Assembly: GCF_902652985.1 (NCBI RefSeq)
Contig: NC_047018.1
Coordinates: 12,214,001-12,278,000 of the forward strand
From: Pecten maximus
Taxonomy: Eukaryota
Length of the DNA: 64,000 nucleotides
Direction of reading: 5' to 3'
The notes below the pieces were generated by a model. The model searched no databases and was not told where the DNA came from. It was given only the letters and a program-made list of their open reading frames with translations. This document shows positions 26,322 to 40,004 of the stretch, in pieces (the stretch's first letter is position 1; the number at the start of each line of letters is the position of its first letter). The position numbers were made by a program, and so were the translations under genes.

Positions 26322-27479
26322 TAACTTGTACATGTAGCCTGTCAGACGTTATCGTTTAATAACCTTCGTGGAAAGTACATAGATCTGGTTTATTACCAAG
26401 CAAACTACGAATATTTTCATGATTAATTCTAATATGAAGTAATTAAATCCAAATTACGATTCAAATGGTGTTCTCTGCATTTTTTTCTATATGCATAGTA
26501 TTACATAGTGCTATGTAGATTCCGACACAGGATAGGAAGTTATATAGGATCTGTACTATCGTATTTACATATTCTAAATAAGAGTGGTCTATGCATCTGT
26601 TACATAATTGCAAACAAACGAGCAGAATATTACTGGTCTCTATCATAATATATATCAGAACTTGAATGTAAACAAAGTAACAGCTCGTATAGTCTAATGA
26701 ATATGCAGTTAAATAACAGATAACGGAAAATGGATGCATGCAGAGATAATATCAAAGTCGGTTACTTTATAAACGAAATTAACAGGTCATCCAACGAAAA
26801 GATATTGCAGGGTTAAAGGTCATGTAGCTTCGCTCGGTAATAACAGCTGAAATGATTAATCTTATCCGTAATAATTGGTATTGACTAACTTTGATTTTCT
26901 TGACAATGTAAGAATGTTTTCATCGCTTTAGTTTTCCTTTGGTGGTTATGATAGCCATTTAACCATTAAATCGGTTTCCAGTTGACAATATATTGCGATA
27001 TTTCCTTCAGTGGTTGTGCGGTATACTAAAACAATCGACAGAAAATGCAAGAGGTAAGGAGTTTACCGCCTTACATCCTGATCGGTTGAGCAGGATCGTT
27101 TGTGTAATTCATTATGATTAGAATAAATCGCTTCAATAGCGTAGACGTACTAAGGAAATGTATCTTATTCAGATTGTTGTGTAATTAAGCCATCTATATC
27201 TATTAAACGATAGCTGCCTTCTTTGGAAAGTTATTTTTCTATAATTTTCAAAGGATCATAAGGATTCTAACATTAGCTTGTTGATGTAACGATGAGTTGT
27301 GTTATCTAAGCTCGGCTGAAAAGCGTAGGTTAGTTGTTTGATGGAATGCACATTACCAATAATAGGAACTAACCATTTCATTAGAGTCTAACGAAGATAT
27401 TGTCCGCTGGCGAAGTTTAGCAGTATTTTAGAGACTGCGGTGCTTATACCTTCTCGTTCTTGTTGAACATTGTAACAGT

Positions 27480-28800
27480 TACACCCTTTTATCAATGGAC
27501 ATGTCGTGGGACAAAATGCCAAACTTGTTAAACTAACAGATACGGGAATCAAGCAGTGATGGGGAGACGAGCTCCGACGATGATCAGTTTCACGGGGAAA
27601 ATAATGAGGAGATTGCTCGACTGCACACAGGGATAAAACTGGAAGAACTGGGACAGAACCGAAGGCTACAAAACTGAAACATCAAACCGAAATAGTCTGA
27701 AATAGGACAGAGCTTAAGACACAGGAGATAGATACAACAGGAACACGATAATGATTGCAGCAAAATAAGACCAGTTATTTTATCCCCAGTAGGCGTTGCC
27801 AGTCGTTGATCTGGCAGTAACGCGTCTTTCATTCTCAGAGAAAAGGGGGTTATTACTGCCCATCGAGTACTGGATGAGTCTTGAGTTCCCAACATGCAGC
27901 GGTTAGATTCAACTATAAACAGCCTTTTGTTTAAGTTTTTGTTCAGTGAATTTCCTGACCCTTTGGTTTGTGAAGGTCTCGAGTACGGCTTTTCTCTAGA
28001 GTTTGAGATAATCAGGATAGTACATGTAGGATCTCTAGTGACAATCGCAGTGGGCCAGGGAATATAGGCAAGATGTTAGGGTGTATTTGCAGAGGGAACA
28101 GGGAAAAGGTGGGGCTAGAGATCCATTCAGCGAATTACCTTTGAAATGGTCCCTAACGCCATCTCGCCCTTTAGCTGAGTGCCTAAAGCTGGCTCTGATG
28201 AGAGAAGAATCATTTTGGATCTTAGTTTCCCTCCTGGTCTGCAGTAAATGACAATATAATGATCTGAAGTTACTAACAGTACTAGCGGCTGCCAAAACTT
28301 ATCTTTCTTTTTCGAAGAAGAAGAGGGTGCTCATTGTCAGTGACAATGTAGTCTCTTTATCGGTGATCAAATCTGGGTCTACAAGGGACCAGTTCATGCA
28401 AAATTGTCTCAGAGAAATCTAATTTAGTGCAGCCTTAGGGAACTTTGAGGTCAGGGCCGTGCACTCTTCTGGAGTTGAAAATCGCATTCCAGACATGTTG
28501 TCTCGCTGGTGTTGAGGGTCTTCAGTGAAGACTTTTTTTTTATGTCAATATACCCAAGGACAGATTCGATTTTTCGCACTGTTGGTGAGGTCTCTACACC
28601 AAATTGTTTGCTTTATGAGAGTGAATTGTCTATTTTAAGACAGGCTTTCCGAATGGCAGCTAGGGCAGATTTTGCAGGGGATCTGACTATAATTTACACA
28701 CCCAGTGGAAGACCTACATGTTGTTTTGTTGTTATTTTGACGTAGAGGCTGCTCCAGCTTCTCAAAATATCCCCTTCTTTATTTGCATGTACGTATGTTT
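27480..28800 (+). mobile_element. Heavily deleted DIRS/Ngaro-like tyrosine-recombinase retrotransposon remnant
   Basis: EFPDPLVCEGLEYGFSL (pre-RT); RNase H-like LKLLTVLAAAK...RVLIVSDNV...SGSTRDQFMQNCLREI*FSAALGNFEVRAVHSSGVENRIPDMLSRW; recombinase N-terminus NLHTQWKTYMLFCCYF. Confidence 0.75.
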
Positions 28801-28923
28801 GTAGTACCAAATATTGTCAGAGCTCCAGCGGCGTCATTGCATGAGGGATTTTAATCAAACTGCACACAATGATAAAGGACTATAATATTTTAGACACGTT
28901 TGCTTTTCGGGGTTGTTGGGTCA

Positions 28924-31900
28924 ACACTGGGTTTCTCTGGTAAAGTTACATTTGGGAGTGGATACCCATTCCCAAATGTAACTTTACCAGAGAAACCCAG
29001 TAAAGTAACAGTGGGAATAGGTTACACGGGGTTTCTTCAGTAATGTTACAATGGGTAGTGGTTATGTTGTAGGTTCACTTACCTTAGATCCGGGCCTGTC
29101 TTGTCTCGGCTGGGAAGGACCGGTGAAGCCGTCTGTTGAACTCCTTGCAGGGGAATACGTCCGTTCAGTTCGGTATTAAGCATACAACTTACCCGACCAA
29201 AATTCGTCGGTGTCGCTTTATCCGGGAAACCGGTCGCCGGGTTCCAACTCCAGATACAACCACAACACTCTCCCCTTTTTAAGGAACGAGGAGTCTCACA
29301 GGTGCAAAAAAGGAATCATAAAAGTTCAGATACGTCCAATTTTTACATATATGTAAACAGTGGCATTGAAGTCACTTTACTCAGCGACATATTCGGATAA
29401 CCAAACTGGTGATCTCCTACTCCTCACCCTGGGTGGAGGTACGGCCGTCTCCACCTCCCCCTCTTGACCATACTTGAACAGAACAGTGACGTCAAACACT
29501 TCCGTCAGATCGTTTTCAGAGGCCCTTGGGACTTCATCCTCATTGTCCTCCGCCAGAACGCCTTGGCCGTCACTCTCAGTCAAAATATCCTCCTCCTCCT
29601 CCTCCTCCTCCTCCTCCACCATCATCATCATCATCATCATCATTCTGAGGTACCGGAATGTCTTGGCCATCACTCTCAGCCAGCATCACCTCCTCCTCCT
29701 CTCCATTCTGATGCACCGGAGTATAGCCAAGGTTGCTCCTCATTCTCAACAGCCAGACAGGCAATTTCCGTTCACAGCATATCGTCAAACGATGATGATG
29801 CATTACTTGCACAGACTTCCTGTTGCAAATGCGATAGAGAGCTGGAAATAAACATTGTACCACCAGGTAGGGTCCAACCCAGGGTGATTTGAGCTTTGGG
29901 CTCTGCCCAACCTTCCACGAGGTATCTAATTCCAGCCCGTGTTTGACAAGGGAGTCCCAAACATGGCTGGGTACGTTGTTGATTTGTTTAAGGTCTTCTT
30001 ATGTCAGTCTTCAAGTTCCTTTCTTTTCTTGACAATGACCGCAGCAGAAGCTTCGTGGATCTAGGTTATACTTGTTGTTTATCTCTGAGGGGATCTTTCT
30101 TATATCCCCAAGAAGACACTTCATCTATGCCAGACAAAGGTATGGACCTGGGTGTACACCATGTGCACCATCTGACAACAACGACTGCTTATGAGAATAT
30201 ACCTTGATCTTGCCCAGGCACGATATTTCCTATTCCTAATCAGAAAACGGCTGAATTTTAGTGTTTCATGTCCGACCTGCGAATTTAAATTTCGCACTTC
30301 ACTTTCACCAAATCAACTTGGGCAGTTTTTCACTGATCATCGTCATGAGACACATCCGGCTCCTTGTAATCTTTAGATTTTTTCTAGTTAGCAGTGGAGA
30401 TAGTTGGTAGCTCAATGAATTTAATCATTTCCGTACCAGTGTATTTTTCCAGAATGTCTAAAGCTCTTTTGAATTCCAAAACAATATTTACCACCATGGT
30501 ATTCTCAGTTGAATCCCTAATCTTTATGAATTTTCCCTTTTTTTTAGTGAAAACCCTTTACCATCTGACACTAACATCGATATACTAGACGGAGATAAAC
30601 CACTCTGCTCACGTCGAATAGAATTCCGTAGTTACAATAGCAGCAAATATATCATAACAGTTCTTTCATAGCACAATAGTTGATGATATAACCCCACCTA
30701 ACTATGTACGACACAACAAATGTCAATTTCAAATATGGCGCCGACCGCGAGTAGATCTCTATAGCCAGCCTTCCGGGATTAAGAATAAAACTTACTTGAC
30801 CATCGTCGGGTAGCGCCTAATCCAGGAAACTGGTTGCCTGGTTACAACTCCAGATACAACCACAATAGTTACACTGGGTTTCTTCAGTAAAGTTACAGTG
30901 GGGAGTCGTTACATGAGGTTTCTTCAGTAAAATAACAATGGTGAGTGGTTACATTTGGTTTCTTCAGTAATGTTACAGGGGAGAGTGGTTACATCAGGTT
31001 CCTTCACTTATGTTTCAGTAGGGAGAAGTTGCAATGCTTTTTTCAGTAAATATACAGTGGTGTGTTGTTACACAGGGTTTCTTCAGTAATGTTACAGTGG
31101 GGAGTTGTTACACTGGGTTTCTTCAATGATGTGACAGTGGGGAGTTGCTATACTAGGTTTCTTCAGTAATGTTACTGAAGGGAGTGGTTACACTGGGTTT
31201 CTTCAGTAATGTTACAGTGGGGAGTGGATACACTGGGTTTCTTCAGTAATGTTACAATGGGGAGTGGTGACACTGGGTTTCTTCAGTAATGTTACAGTGG
31301 GGAGTGGTTACACTAGGTTTCTTCAGTAATGTTACAATGGGGAGTGGTGACACTGGGTTTCTTCAGTAATGTTACAGTGGGGAGTGGTTACACTGGGTTT
31401 CTTCAGTAATGTTACAGTGGGGAGTGGTTACACTGGGTTTCTTCAATGATGTGACAGTGGGGAGTTGTTATACTGGGTTTATTCAGTAATGTAACAGTGG
31501 GGAGTGGTTACACTGGGTTTCTTCAATGATGTGACAGTGGGGAGTTGTTATACTAGGTTTCTTCAGTAATGTTACAGTGGGGAGTGGTTACACTGGGTTT
31601 CTTCAGTAATGTTACAGTGAGGAGTGGTTACACTGGGTTTCTTCAATGATGTGACAGTGGGGAGTGGTTATACTGGGTTTCTTCAGTAATGTTACAATGG
31701 GGAGTGTTGACACTGGGTTTCTTCAGTAATGTTACAGTGGGGAGTGTTTACACTGGGTTTCTTCAGTAATGTTACAGTGGGGAGTGGTTACACTGGGTTT
31801 CTTCAATGATGTGACAGTGGGGAGTGGTTACACTGGGTTTCTTCAGTAATGTTACAGCGGGGAGTGTTTACACTGGGTTTCTTCAGTAATGTTACAGTAG

Positions 31901-31958
31901 GGAGTCGTTATACTGGGTTTCTTCATTAATGTTACAGTGGGGAGTGGTTACACTGGGT
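28924..31958. repeat. 40-bp satellite interrupted by an LTR element
   Basis: Unit acactgggtttcttcagtaatgttacagtggggagtggtt. A few copies at 28924-29064 (one inverted), main array at 30868-31958. Confidence 0.95.
29065..30867 (-). mobile_element. Internally deleted Gypsy-like LTR retrotransposon
   Basis: 3' LTR 29065-29267 (TG...CA), polypurine tract 29268-29280, partial 5' LTR ~30800-30867, 4-bp TSD GTTA (29061-64, 30868-71). Acidic integrase tail ending PPPRVRSRRSPVWLSEY. Confidence 0.8.
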
Positions 31959-33153
31959 GGAACAATGCAACATGTCTGATTTTCCGATCTCCAAAGACAT
32001 CTTACCGAATTTGTTAGTGATATGTAAACTATTAAATTGCTTTGATGTCGCGCTCTCAAGTTGAAAAAGTTTAAACATTAACATGGAAATCCTCTTTTTT
32101 TCCCCTACAAAGTCTGCCCACTATATCCTTCTTTCTGACTATCAATGTCATATCACGACAGTCCTATGGTTATTTATATATTTTTTACACATTTTGTTTT
32201 CTGTGTGAATTCTTAGTTGATTAAATTAGTTTTTAAATTGAAAACCATTAGAACTTTCCTTTGTCAAATATGTTATTTCATGAAAGTCTCATCGAGCTTT
32301 TGTAAAAATCTCTTCTTGACGGTATGTACATAAATTGAAGTGCTGTGTAAATACAGATCTATAATTATATGATTTATAGATGTTGAGTGTGTGACGTGAT
32401 AACCATTGATATTTGAAATGCAATCATTCATGTACAGCTATATCTTGACCCCACACAAACATTCATGTACAGCTGTATCTCGACCCCACACAAAAATGTC
32501 CTAACAGGATAACCTTTAAATCATATATAAGCAATATATACCTGTATACACACGAACTTTGTGGTGGCAAGTCTAAATAGTAAGTAACATGCTAAATCGA
32601 TATCTAATTTTGTATTCTTTTTTTTTTTTCTTATTACATTACTTGGTTGTTTTTCTTATGAATATACAACTTCTGTATTTTGCGTGATAACATAAAGAGG
32701 ACACATAAAGGAACCGTAATTTTAAGTCAGTATCGATAAAAAAATAAAATTCGAAATCTGAGTGTGGGGGGATAAATATAGCGACAATAAAAGGACAAAA
32801 ATCAACTCACAGGCACAAACTTCTATGAACATTCTGCTACAATGTCATCACAAAAGGTAAACAATCGATCAAAATAAACACCAGCAACAGCGTCATAACA
32901 AATAAACAAAATCGCCAAATAAATAACAACAATATCAACACACTAGCACATTTCTTTACATTGTCATCCGAAATAATTAACAACAGTATGAATATAAAAG
33001 GACTAATTACAAGTGGTGTACAAGTGACACCATACAAGAACGAAATCCACCACTTGCCAACACGTGACTGACAAATCCACTAACTATCACAATACAACGG
33101 CAAATCCACCAAATATCACCGTCAAACGGCAAACTTTACCAATAGTCAACATA

Positions 33154-33515
33154 CGAGGGGTGTTCCAAAAATAATATCATTTGTGAATTATTTCTTGAAA
33201 TTCGTGCGCAATGTACTCAAAACCACCCCGAGCCGAAAGAATAATCATTGAAGCATAACACAGGTAAAACTCGAGTTCATTCGTTCACTGACATTGATAC
33301 AGTGCACATTGCTTTATATCATATTAATTACACTATACATGAATTGTCTGGTAGAAGAGCTTCAGATGTGCTTGAAATTAGGGCCTATATATATAAAAGG
33401 TCGATCGTTACTCGGCATAAAGCCTATAGATATTCACCAGGAGGTGTGTAATATTTATGCTGAGGGTCAAATGTCTCGCAGATCTATTTGTAGGTGGGTT
33501 GTTAGATTTAAAAAA
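33154..33515 (+). mobile_element. 5' fragment of a second mariner family (TIR plus HTH region)
   Basis: ta|cgaggggtgttccaaaaat terminus; YIKGRSLLGIKPIDIHQEVCNIYAEGQMSRRSICRWVVRFK is a mariner N-terminal HTH. Confidence 0.8.
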
Positions 33516-33521
33516 ACTAAA

Positions 33522-34023
33522 TGTCCCTAAATGACGTCACACTGACAAATACTCCGTACCGTGTTCCTAAACGACGTCACACTGACAAATACTCCCAAAC
33601 GTGTCCCTAAATGAGATCACACTGACATATACTCGTTACGTGTCCCTAACTGACGTCACACAGACAACAAAGTATTGTCCCTATATAACATCAGACTGAC
33701 AAATATTCGGTATCGTAGCCCTAAAAGACGTCATGCTGACAAAAACACGGTATCGTGACCCTAAATGATGACGTCACACCAACAGATGCACAGTATCTTA
33801 CCCTAAATGACATCACACTTACAAATACTCGGTATCGTGTTCCTAAATGACGTCAAATTGAACAAAAACTCGGTTCGGTGTTCCTAAATGACGTCACGAT
33901 GACAAAATCTCGGTATCGTGTCCATAGACGACGTCACATTGCCAAATGATCAGTATCGAGTCCCTTAATGACGTCACACTGACAAATAATTGGTATCGTG
34001 TTTCAAAATGACGTCACACTGAC
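33522..34023. repeat. ~39-40-bp degenerate minisatellite, many units containing TGACGTCA
   Basis: Unit about tgtccctaaatgacgtcacactgacaaatactcggtatcg, about 13 copies. Confidence 0.9.
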
Positions 34024-34896
34024 CACAGGGACATGTCTTGTCTTATATTAAAAATTGACAGAAATGCTTTTATATAATGACAGGGAAGTATCCGATCGCC
34101 ATTGACATTCTGACCTATTTTTTTTTTATTTTTTTTCCGTACAAAATCTCTACATTCCTACATAATCCTGCTACCGATCTCTTCAAAAGACTTCAATCAG
34201 TGGGTGCACATACGTTTTATATATGTCACATTCATCGTAGTTGTTGAAATCCAACTTAAATCAGGACATGTGACAAGATTTCGACCTTCCCAAAATTGCC
34301 TTACGGGCGCTTGACCTTCACCTCTTTCGTCATAGGATCGTAGTGAATCGATATGTCGTTGCTGTGTTATTTACAACTATTATACTATAGAAATAAATTA
34401 AATTGGAACAATGAAATATGAAGGTATATGCATGAAAATCATTCATCATTTATCATGTGACAGAACAATTATCTTCAATTTGCTGATATTTGAAAATAAA
34501 ACATTATCAACTCCGGAACTGCACGTTGTTATTCGATACTTCCCGCGAACTTCTCTTGGCGGCAATAGTATCAGTCGAGGGGCTCCGAAAGAGGTGAAGG
34601 TCAAGCGCCCGTAAGGCAAATTTGGGAAAGCTTGTCGCATGCCATGATTAAAAGTTAGATTTCAACAACAACGATAAATGTTACATATGTATATACAACG
34701 TGTATGAACCGATAGATTGAAGTCTTCTGAAGAGATCGGTAGTAGGATTATGTTTGTAGGTGGAGGTTTTGTAAGGAAACAAATGAGTTCGAAAAAATAG
34801 GTCATAATTTCAATAGCGATCGGATGCTTCCATTGTCTTTATAAATAGGTATTTCTGGTTATTTTTTTTTTATATAAGACTGGACATGCCCCTGTG
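34024..34896. mobile_element. Foldback non-autonomous DNA transposon with ~300-bp TIRs and 7-bp TSD (P/Galileo-like)
   Basis: Termini CACAGGG...CCCTGTG, TSD CACTGAC at 34017-23 and 34897-903, inverted arms ~34024-34330 and ~34585-34896. Confidence 0.82.
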
Positions 34897-35650
34897 CACT
34901 GACAGATACGTACATGCAAAATGTTGTGTTTAACGTATGTGATGCACAGCTTGCTTTCAATATTGCTTTGACTTAAAACATAAGATTACAACTATAACAT
35001 ACAAATCAGTTTATTGTGAAGCCATTGTTCTTCCTTATTACCTACTTCATATGATATATCGTATATTATTAATAGCTCTTAAGTCAGACGTTATGTTCAG
35101 GTAACATCATCTTCCTGGTAACTGACATATCGAAGTAGGTAATCTGTAACAATATCGATATATTCTAACGGGTAAACATTTATGAACGTACAGTGTGTAA
35201 AATCCGTATCGAGAAGGGGAATTCCCGAGTATTGACCCTCGGCTGATACAAGGGGGAATCCCCGAGTATTGTCCCTCGGCTGATACAAGTGCCGTTAAGT
35301 GCTGCTCACCAGACTGTTCCGTGCAGGGCGTTTGTATTAAGGGACTGTCGTTTTTAATAAGTTCTGGGAATCTGCCAGTAGTGTCACAGATCTGGCTTCT
35401 GTGCTGCGCCAGCCATCGTTCCTAGGGTGAAAACGAAGTTAAACACAAGAAAACAATGTTTAATAAATGTAAGCTTAACTACTTAAGGGATTTATTCATA
35501 TTAGCTATCAGAGTAACATAGTAAGTTTTGTATTGTTATACAGTAACTAAATATCGATAAAGCTATGTAAACGGATTGTCCAAAAACACACAAAGTATTA
35601 ACACCATGAAATAAATTGAGAGTAGAGCCAAAATGAGTTAACCATTGGTA

Positions 35651-35808
35651 AAGACGTTTGCGAGTGAGTGTTGATGAATGGTGTTATCATGTACTGAAGT
35701 TATAAGACGTTTGCGAGTGAGTGTTGATGGTGTTATCATGTACTGAAGTTATAAGACGTTTGCGAGTGAGTGTTGATGAATGGTGTTATCATGTACTGAA
35801 GTTATAAG
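35651..35808. repeat. Three tandem copies of a ~53-bp unit
   Basis: aagacgtttgcgagtgagtgttgatgaatggtgttatcatgtactgaagttat repeated three times. Confidence 0.9.
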
Positions 35809-38800
35809 TTGCTGTTTAGAAATGGTGATAGGTTTACATAAGTGTCTATGACACTTGTTCCTATTTTCTAGTGTAATCTTGAATGAAGCAAAAGAAAGTT
35901 TATGAGTTAGACTGCACCATAATAACATTTGTCTCTTTAGATTCCCTTCTCTTTTTTTTTGTAAAAATCGAGGTAAAGAAACGGATATAAAAGAATTTCT
36001 TTTCGACATTGTCAAGATTTTTTTGTTATTAAAAGACAATACATCTGCAACATAACATAACTAGTTTTAAATCGAGAGTCTTTGCGAGCTTTTGTTAGAT
36101 ATTGTAATGAGTTGCTAAACATTGGAAGAACAAGTCTGATTACAGATGTTTAAAGTTTGTTCCTATGGGTACGCCGATATCTGGTGGAAGGTCTTGTCGA
36201 CAAACTAAGTTAAGATTCAGTAAGGCGGAAATTCGGCATACTTCATCTTGGCCTAAGTTGTGTTTTACGTTGCGTGTACATTTAATGAATGATGATTATA
36301 CCAAATTATTCTTGACATCACGGAAAGACCCAGCTAACAAATTATAGTGCTGAGATGTTAAATTCATTCATCTTTTACACACAACTATCAAACTTATAGT
36401 GCCGAGATGTTAGATTTATTCATATTTATTTTACTTTTTGTTTTAAATATTTATCCGTTAAAACAAAATACATGTTAACTCATCATCTATTAAAACATCT
36501 TGAAAATCTTTGACTAAATAACACCAATAGTCGCTAAAATGGTAATAGTAACAGCTTCTATTCGGGTATTTTCCATTTGAAAATTAAAATAAATTGAATG
36601 ATTAAGTGTAGACAAAAATTGTCATGAAAACGAAAACGCATTCTTACATAATCACATACAGATCAGGTAAGAGTATCTGTACTCGTTCAAACAGCGACGA
36701 ATTGTCCAGTATGCAAATCGCTTTGTTTTACACATCGTCCCCTGTATTGGGTATTGTTTTCAGTCTAACTCATTATATTTATGTATATGGACATTGTTTT
36801 CCCAAATTTAATAAAGATTTTATACTATGCCCTACAACAAGCCTAGACCACTATACACTTTAAGATTGACGCCTACCACATGGATACAACATAATATTTT
36901 CGTGTGTCACTCAAACGTTTTGAAAGATTGTGATGTGCTCTAACATGTAAAAGATAAGAAGTTTTGCACTCAATGATTAAAATTTCTTCCTAGATATTCA
37001 GGGTTTTTTTCTTTAATAATAAATCTCTTTATCAGAGCTTCCTCATTCCTCGGTAATGTGTATCCCACCACCACTGTACAACTTACCGTTAGAACTAGTC
37101 GTCTGAACATTGTAACAGTTTCGTCATGAAAACCAATAATACTTGTATCCAAGGCAGTTTGTTGTGCAGCAATTCATTTAAATCCTTTCATGTGTCATTC
37201 AAAATTTAAAAGTGTGTGCCGTTTGTTATGTTGTGTTCTAATGTGTAAGGGAAAAAAAGGTTTGCCAACAAGGATTAAATTATCTTTCAAGATATTTAGG
37301 GTTTTTTTAATTTTTTTTAAAGAATATCTTTATATCAATTTAGAATTGTATCTGCAGTATTGCTTCTATGAGAACTACTTTCCATGACAGGTGCAGCCCC
37401 GAGGGCTCTATTGTCATATATTGTATGTTATCAGTGTTTGTTCCTAAAAGAAATGTCAAAGTACCAAAGTACCCCTTTCTAAACCCTAACACCCTTTCTC
37501 TTTCTTTCCCCTGCACATGTTATATGACTAATTGTATATATGTGATACAAACGAAAGTATCATAACTATTCTATAGCCATTGTATAAACACAAGGAGACG
37601 GATTTACTTAAGAACTAAGTACGTGTTTCTGAATGTTTTCATGTTTTGTATAAGGTACCATTGCATTTCACAATAATGAAATATAGTTTAAACTAATATC
37701 TTTATCAGAGCCACGCGATTCCTCTGTAGTGTACAATGTATATACATGTATCTTGTACCTCCCCCCATCAGTCATTATATTATTGACAAATGGTAATGTG
37801 TGTTATATGTACCTGTATATATATCAACTATACCCTAACAGCCCCACTAGTTATAAGACCCTGCCCTTTGGTGTTAATTTTAGAAAAGACAAGATATACA
37901 ATAAGCCTGACAGAGGAATAATATAAAATGAAAATAGGATTTTCTAAAAAAAAAAAAAATAGCAATGGTGACCTTGTTATTACAACCCTTAAACTCTTTA
38001 CGACATAACTTAATTAACGACATAACTTAATTAACAACATAACTTAATTAACGACATAACTTACATTTTTATGTCAACTTGGGTTTTTCCAACATATGTG
38101 TTGTTTGTTGTTTTTTGTTGTGTGTGCTTTTTTTCAATGCCTTGTCTTTTTATAATGATCTATGCAGAAAAAAGGTTTGTCTAGTTAGGTAAAATTAAAA
38201 TTCAAGAAGAAACCCGGCACTATCGGAACTTCCTCGTGCCGTGAATATATACGTAACTAGATAGCCATCTCCTACATTTCGATAATACTGCTATATAATT
38301 TGCTTGTCACCCTTTCTACAAGCCTGTTTATCCCTTTTGATAATTGGTAAACCAATACAACTTCAACACATGAACAATTCGACATGAGTAAAGTGAGCCT
38401 CCCCTCCACTGTTACACAAGGAAAGTGTTCCTAAAGATCAAACGTATACGTTTCTCATGTTTTCTTGCCACATTCTATTGCCGATATTTTTACCAGTTTT
38501 GTTTTATTTTATTTAAGAAACATTTGTTGTGGGACTATCATGTTTTGTCTGTGTCTCACATTTCTCCACAATACTTGATTGTTTTGACTGAATTTAAAAT
38601 ACGTCATTCCTTATGAAGTTTTGAGAAAAGTGTAGTTCCACGCGTTAGGAACAGTTACTATTGGTAAGAACAAGTGGTTTTACAGTAAATCAAATTTAGA
38701 TCATTTATGAATACATATGGCTTCGACCACACAACATATGCTTATCTATACCAACACATTTTAATTCAATTCGCAATAAAACAGTGTTACATATGGCACC

Positions 38801-38815
38801 GTATTCAGTTGTAAA

Positions 38816-39385
38816 GGTAATCTACAAAAACTTTGATAACTCAGGTTTTAATGGTAATCTACAAAAACTTTGATAACTTAGGTTTTAATGGTAATCTACA
38901 AAAACCTTGATAACTTAGGTTTTAATGGTAATCTACAAAAACCTTTATAACTTAGGTTTTAATGGTAATCTACAAAAACCTTTATAACTTAGGTTTTAAT
39001 GGTAATCTACAAAAACCTTTACAACTTAGGTTTAAATGGTAATCTACAAAAACTTTGATAACTCAGGTTGAAATGGTAATCTACAAAAACTTTTATAACT
39101 TAGGTTTTAATGGTAATCTACAAAATCTTTGATAACTTAGGTTTTAATGGTAATCTACAAAAACCTTTATAACTTAGGTTTTAATGGTAATCTACAAAAA
39201 CTTTTATAACTCAGGTTTTAATGGTAATCTACAAAAACTTTTATAACTCCGGTTTTAATGGTATTCTACAAAAACTTTGATAACTTAGGTTTTAATGGTA
39301 ATCTACAAAATCTCCCATTAATTAGGGTTTAAAGGTTATCTACAAAAACCGTTATTATTTTTCGGGGTTTAATGGTGATCTACAT
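38816..39385. repeat. 37-bp minisatellite (~15 copies)
   Basis: Unit ggtaatctacaaaaactttgataacttaggttttaat. Confidence 0.95.
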
Positions 39386-40004
39386 ACGCTAATAAGAATG
39401 TATTCTGCTTTGAAAAGAACGTTTTCAGTTCTTGGTGAACTCTTTGTGAAGTGATACAAAACCGATCAAACTGTAGATTTCGTGACTGGTAAACTATTTC
39501 CGTTTACCCCGTCACCAGGTCTATTCATTCGAGTATCACGCCATACGGCAGAACATTTGTTCAGTCATGATCTGGTTTTTAATACAATTTTGCGATCAGT
39601 TGATTCCAGGAACTGGTCAATGACTGGTCAGTTTTAGTATGACACGAGGTTGGTACGGTAGCCGGATATACGTGGGCGTCAGACACCGTACCGCTATTGT
39701 ACTGAACAGCTACAATTCCATTGTTTGCGACTGTTTAGCTTTGTTACCTTTTCAATTGATGAAGCAGATGGTAAACAAATATATACGTCTTGTAATATAT
39801 ATTACCTAAAATCAAGAATAATTAAACTAAACAGACATTTTTACTACGTAGTTTAGTAGTTGGGTGTTTGAGAGTTTATGATTAGGTTTCGTTTTATGAT
39901 GTAAGATTATTGTCAAACTGTTATGACTGATGACACACAAATGTTGTCAGAACCAAGCCGTGTCCTTTTATGGTATCAGATGTAAGATATCAACTTTTAT
40001 TACA

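Noticed and set aside
29377-29960. Poly-Glu/Asp/His/Ser ORFs
   Set aside because: Triplet expansions inside the decayed Gypsy integrase tail.
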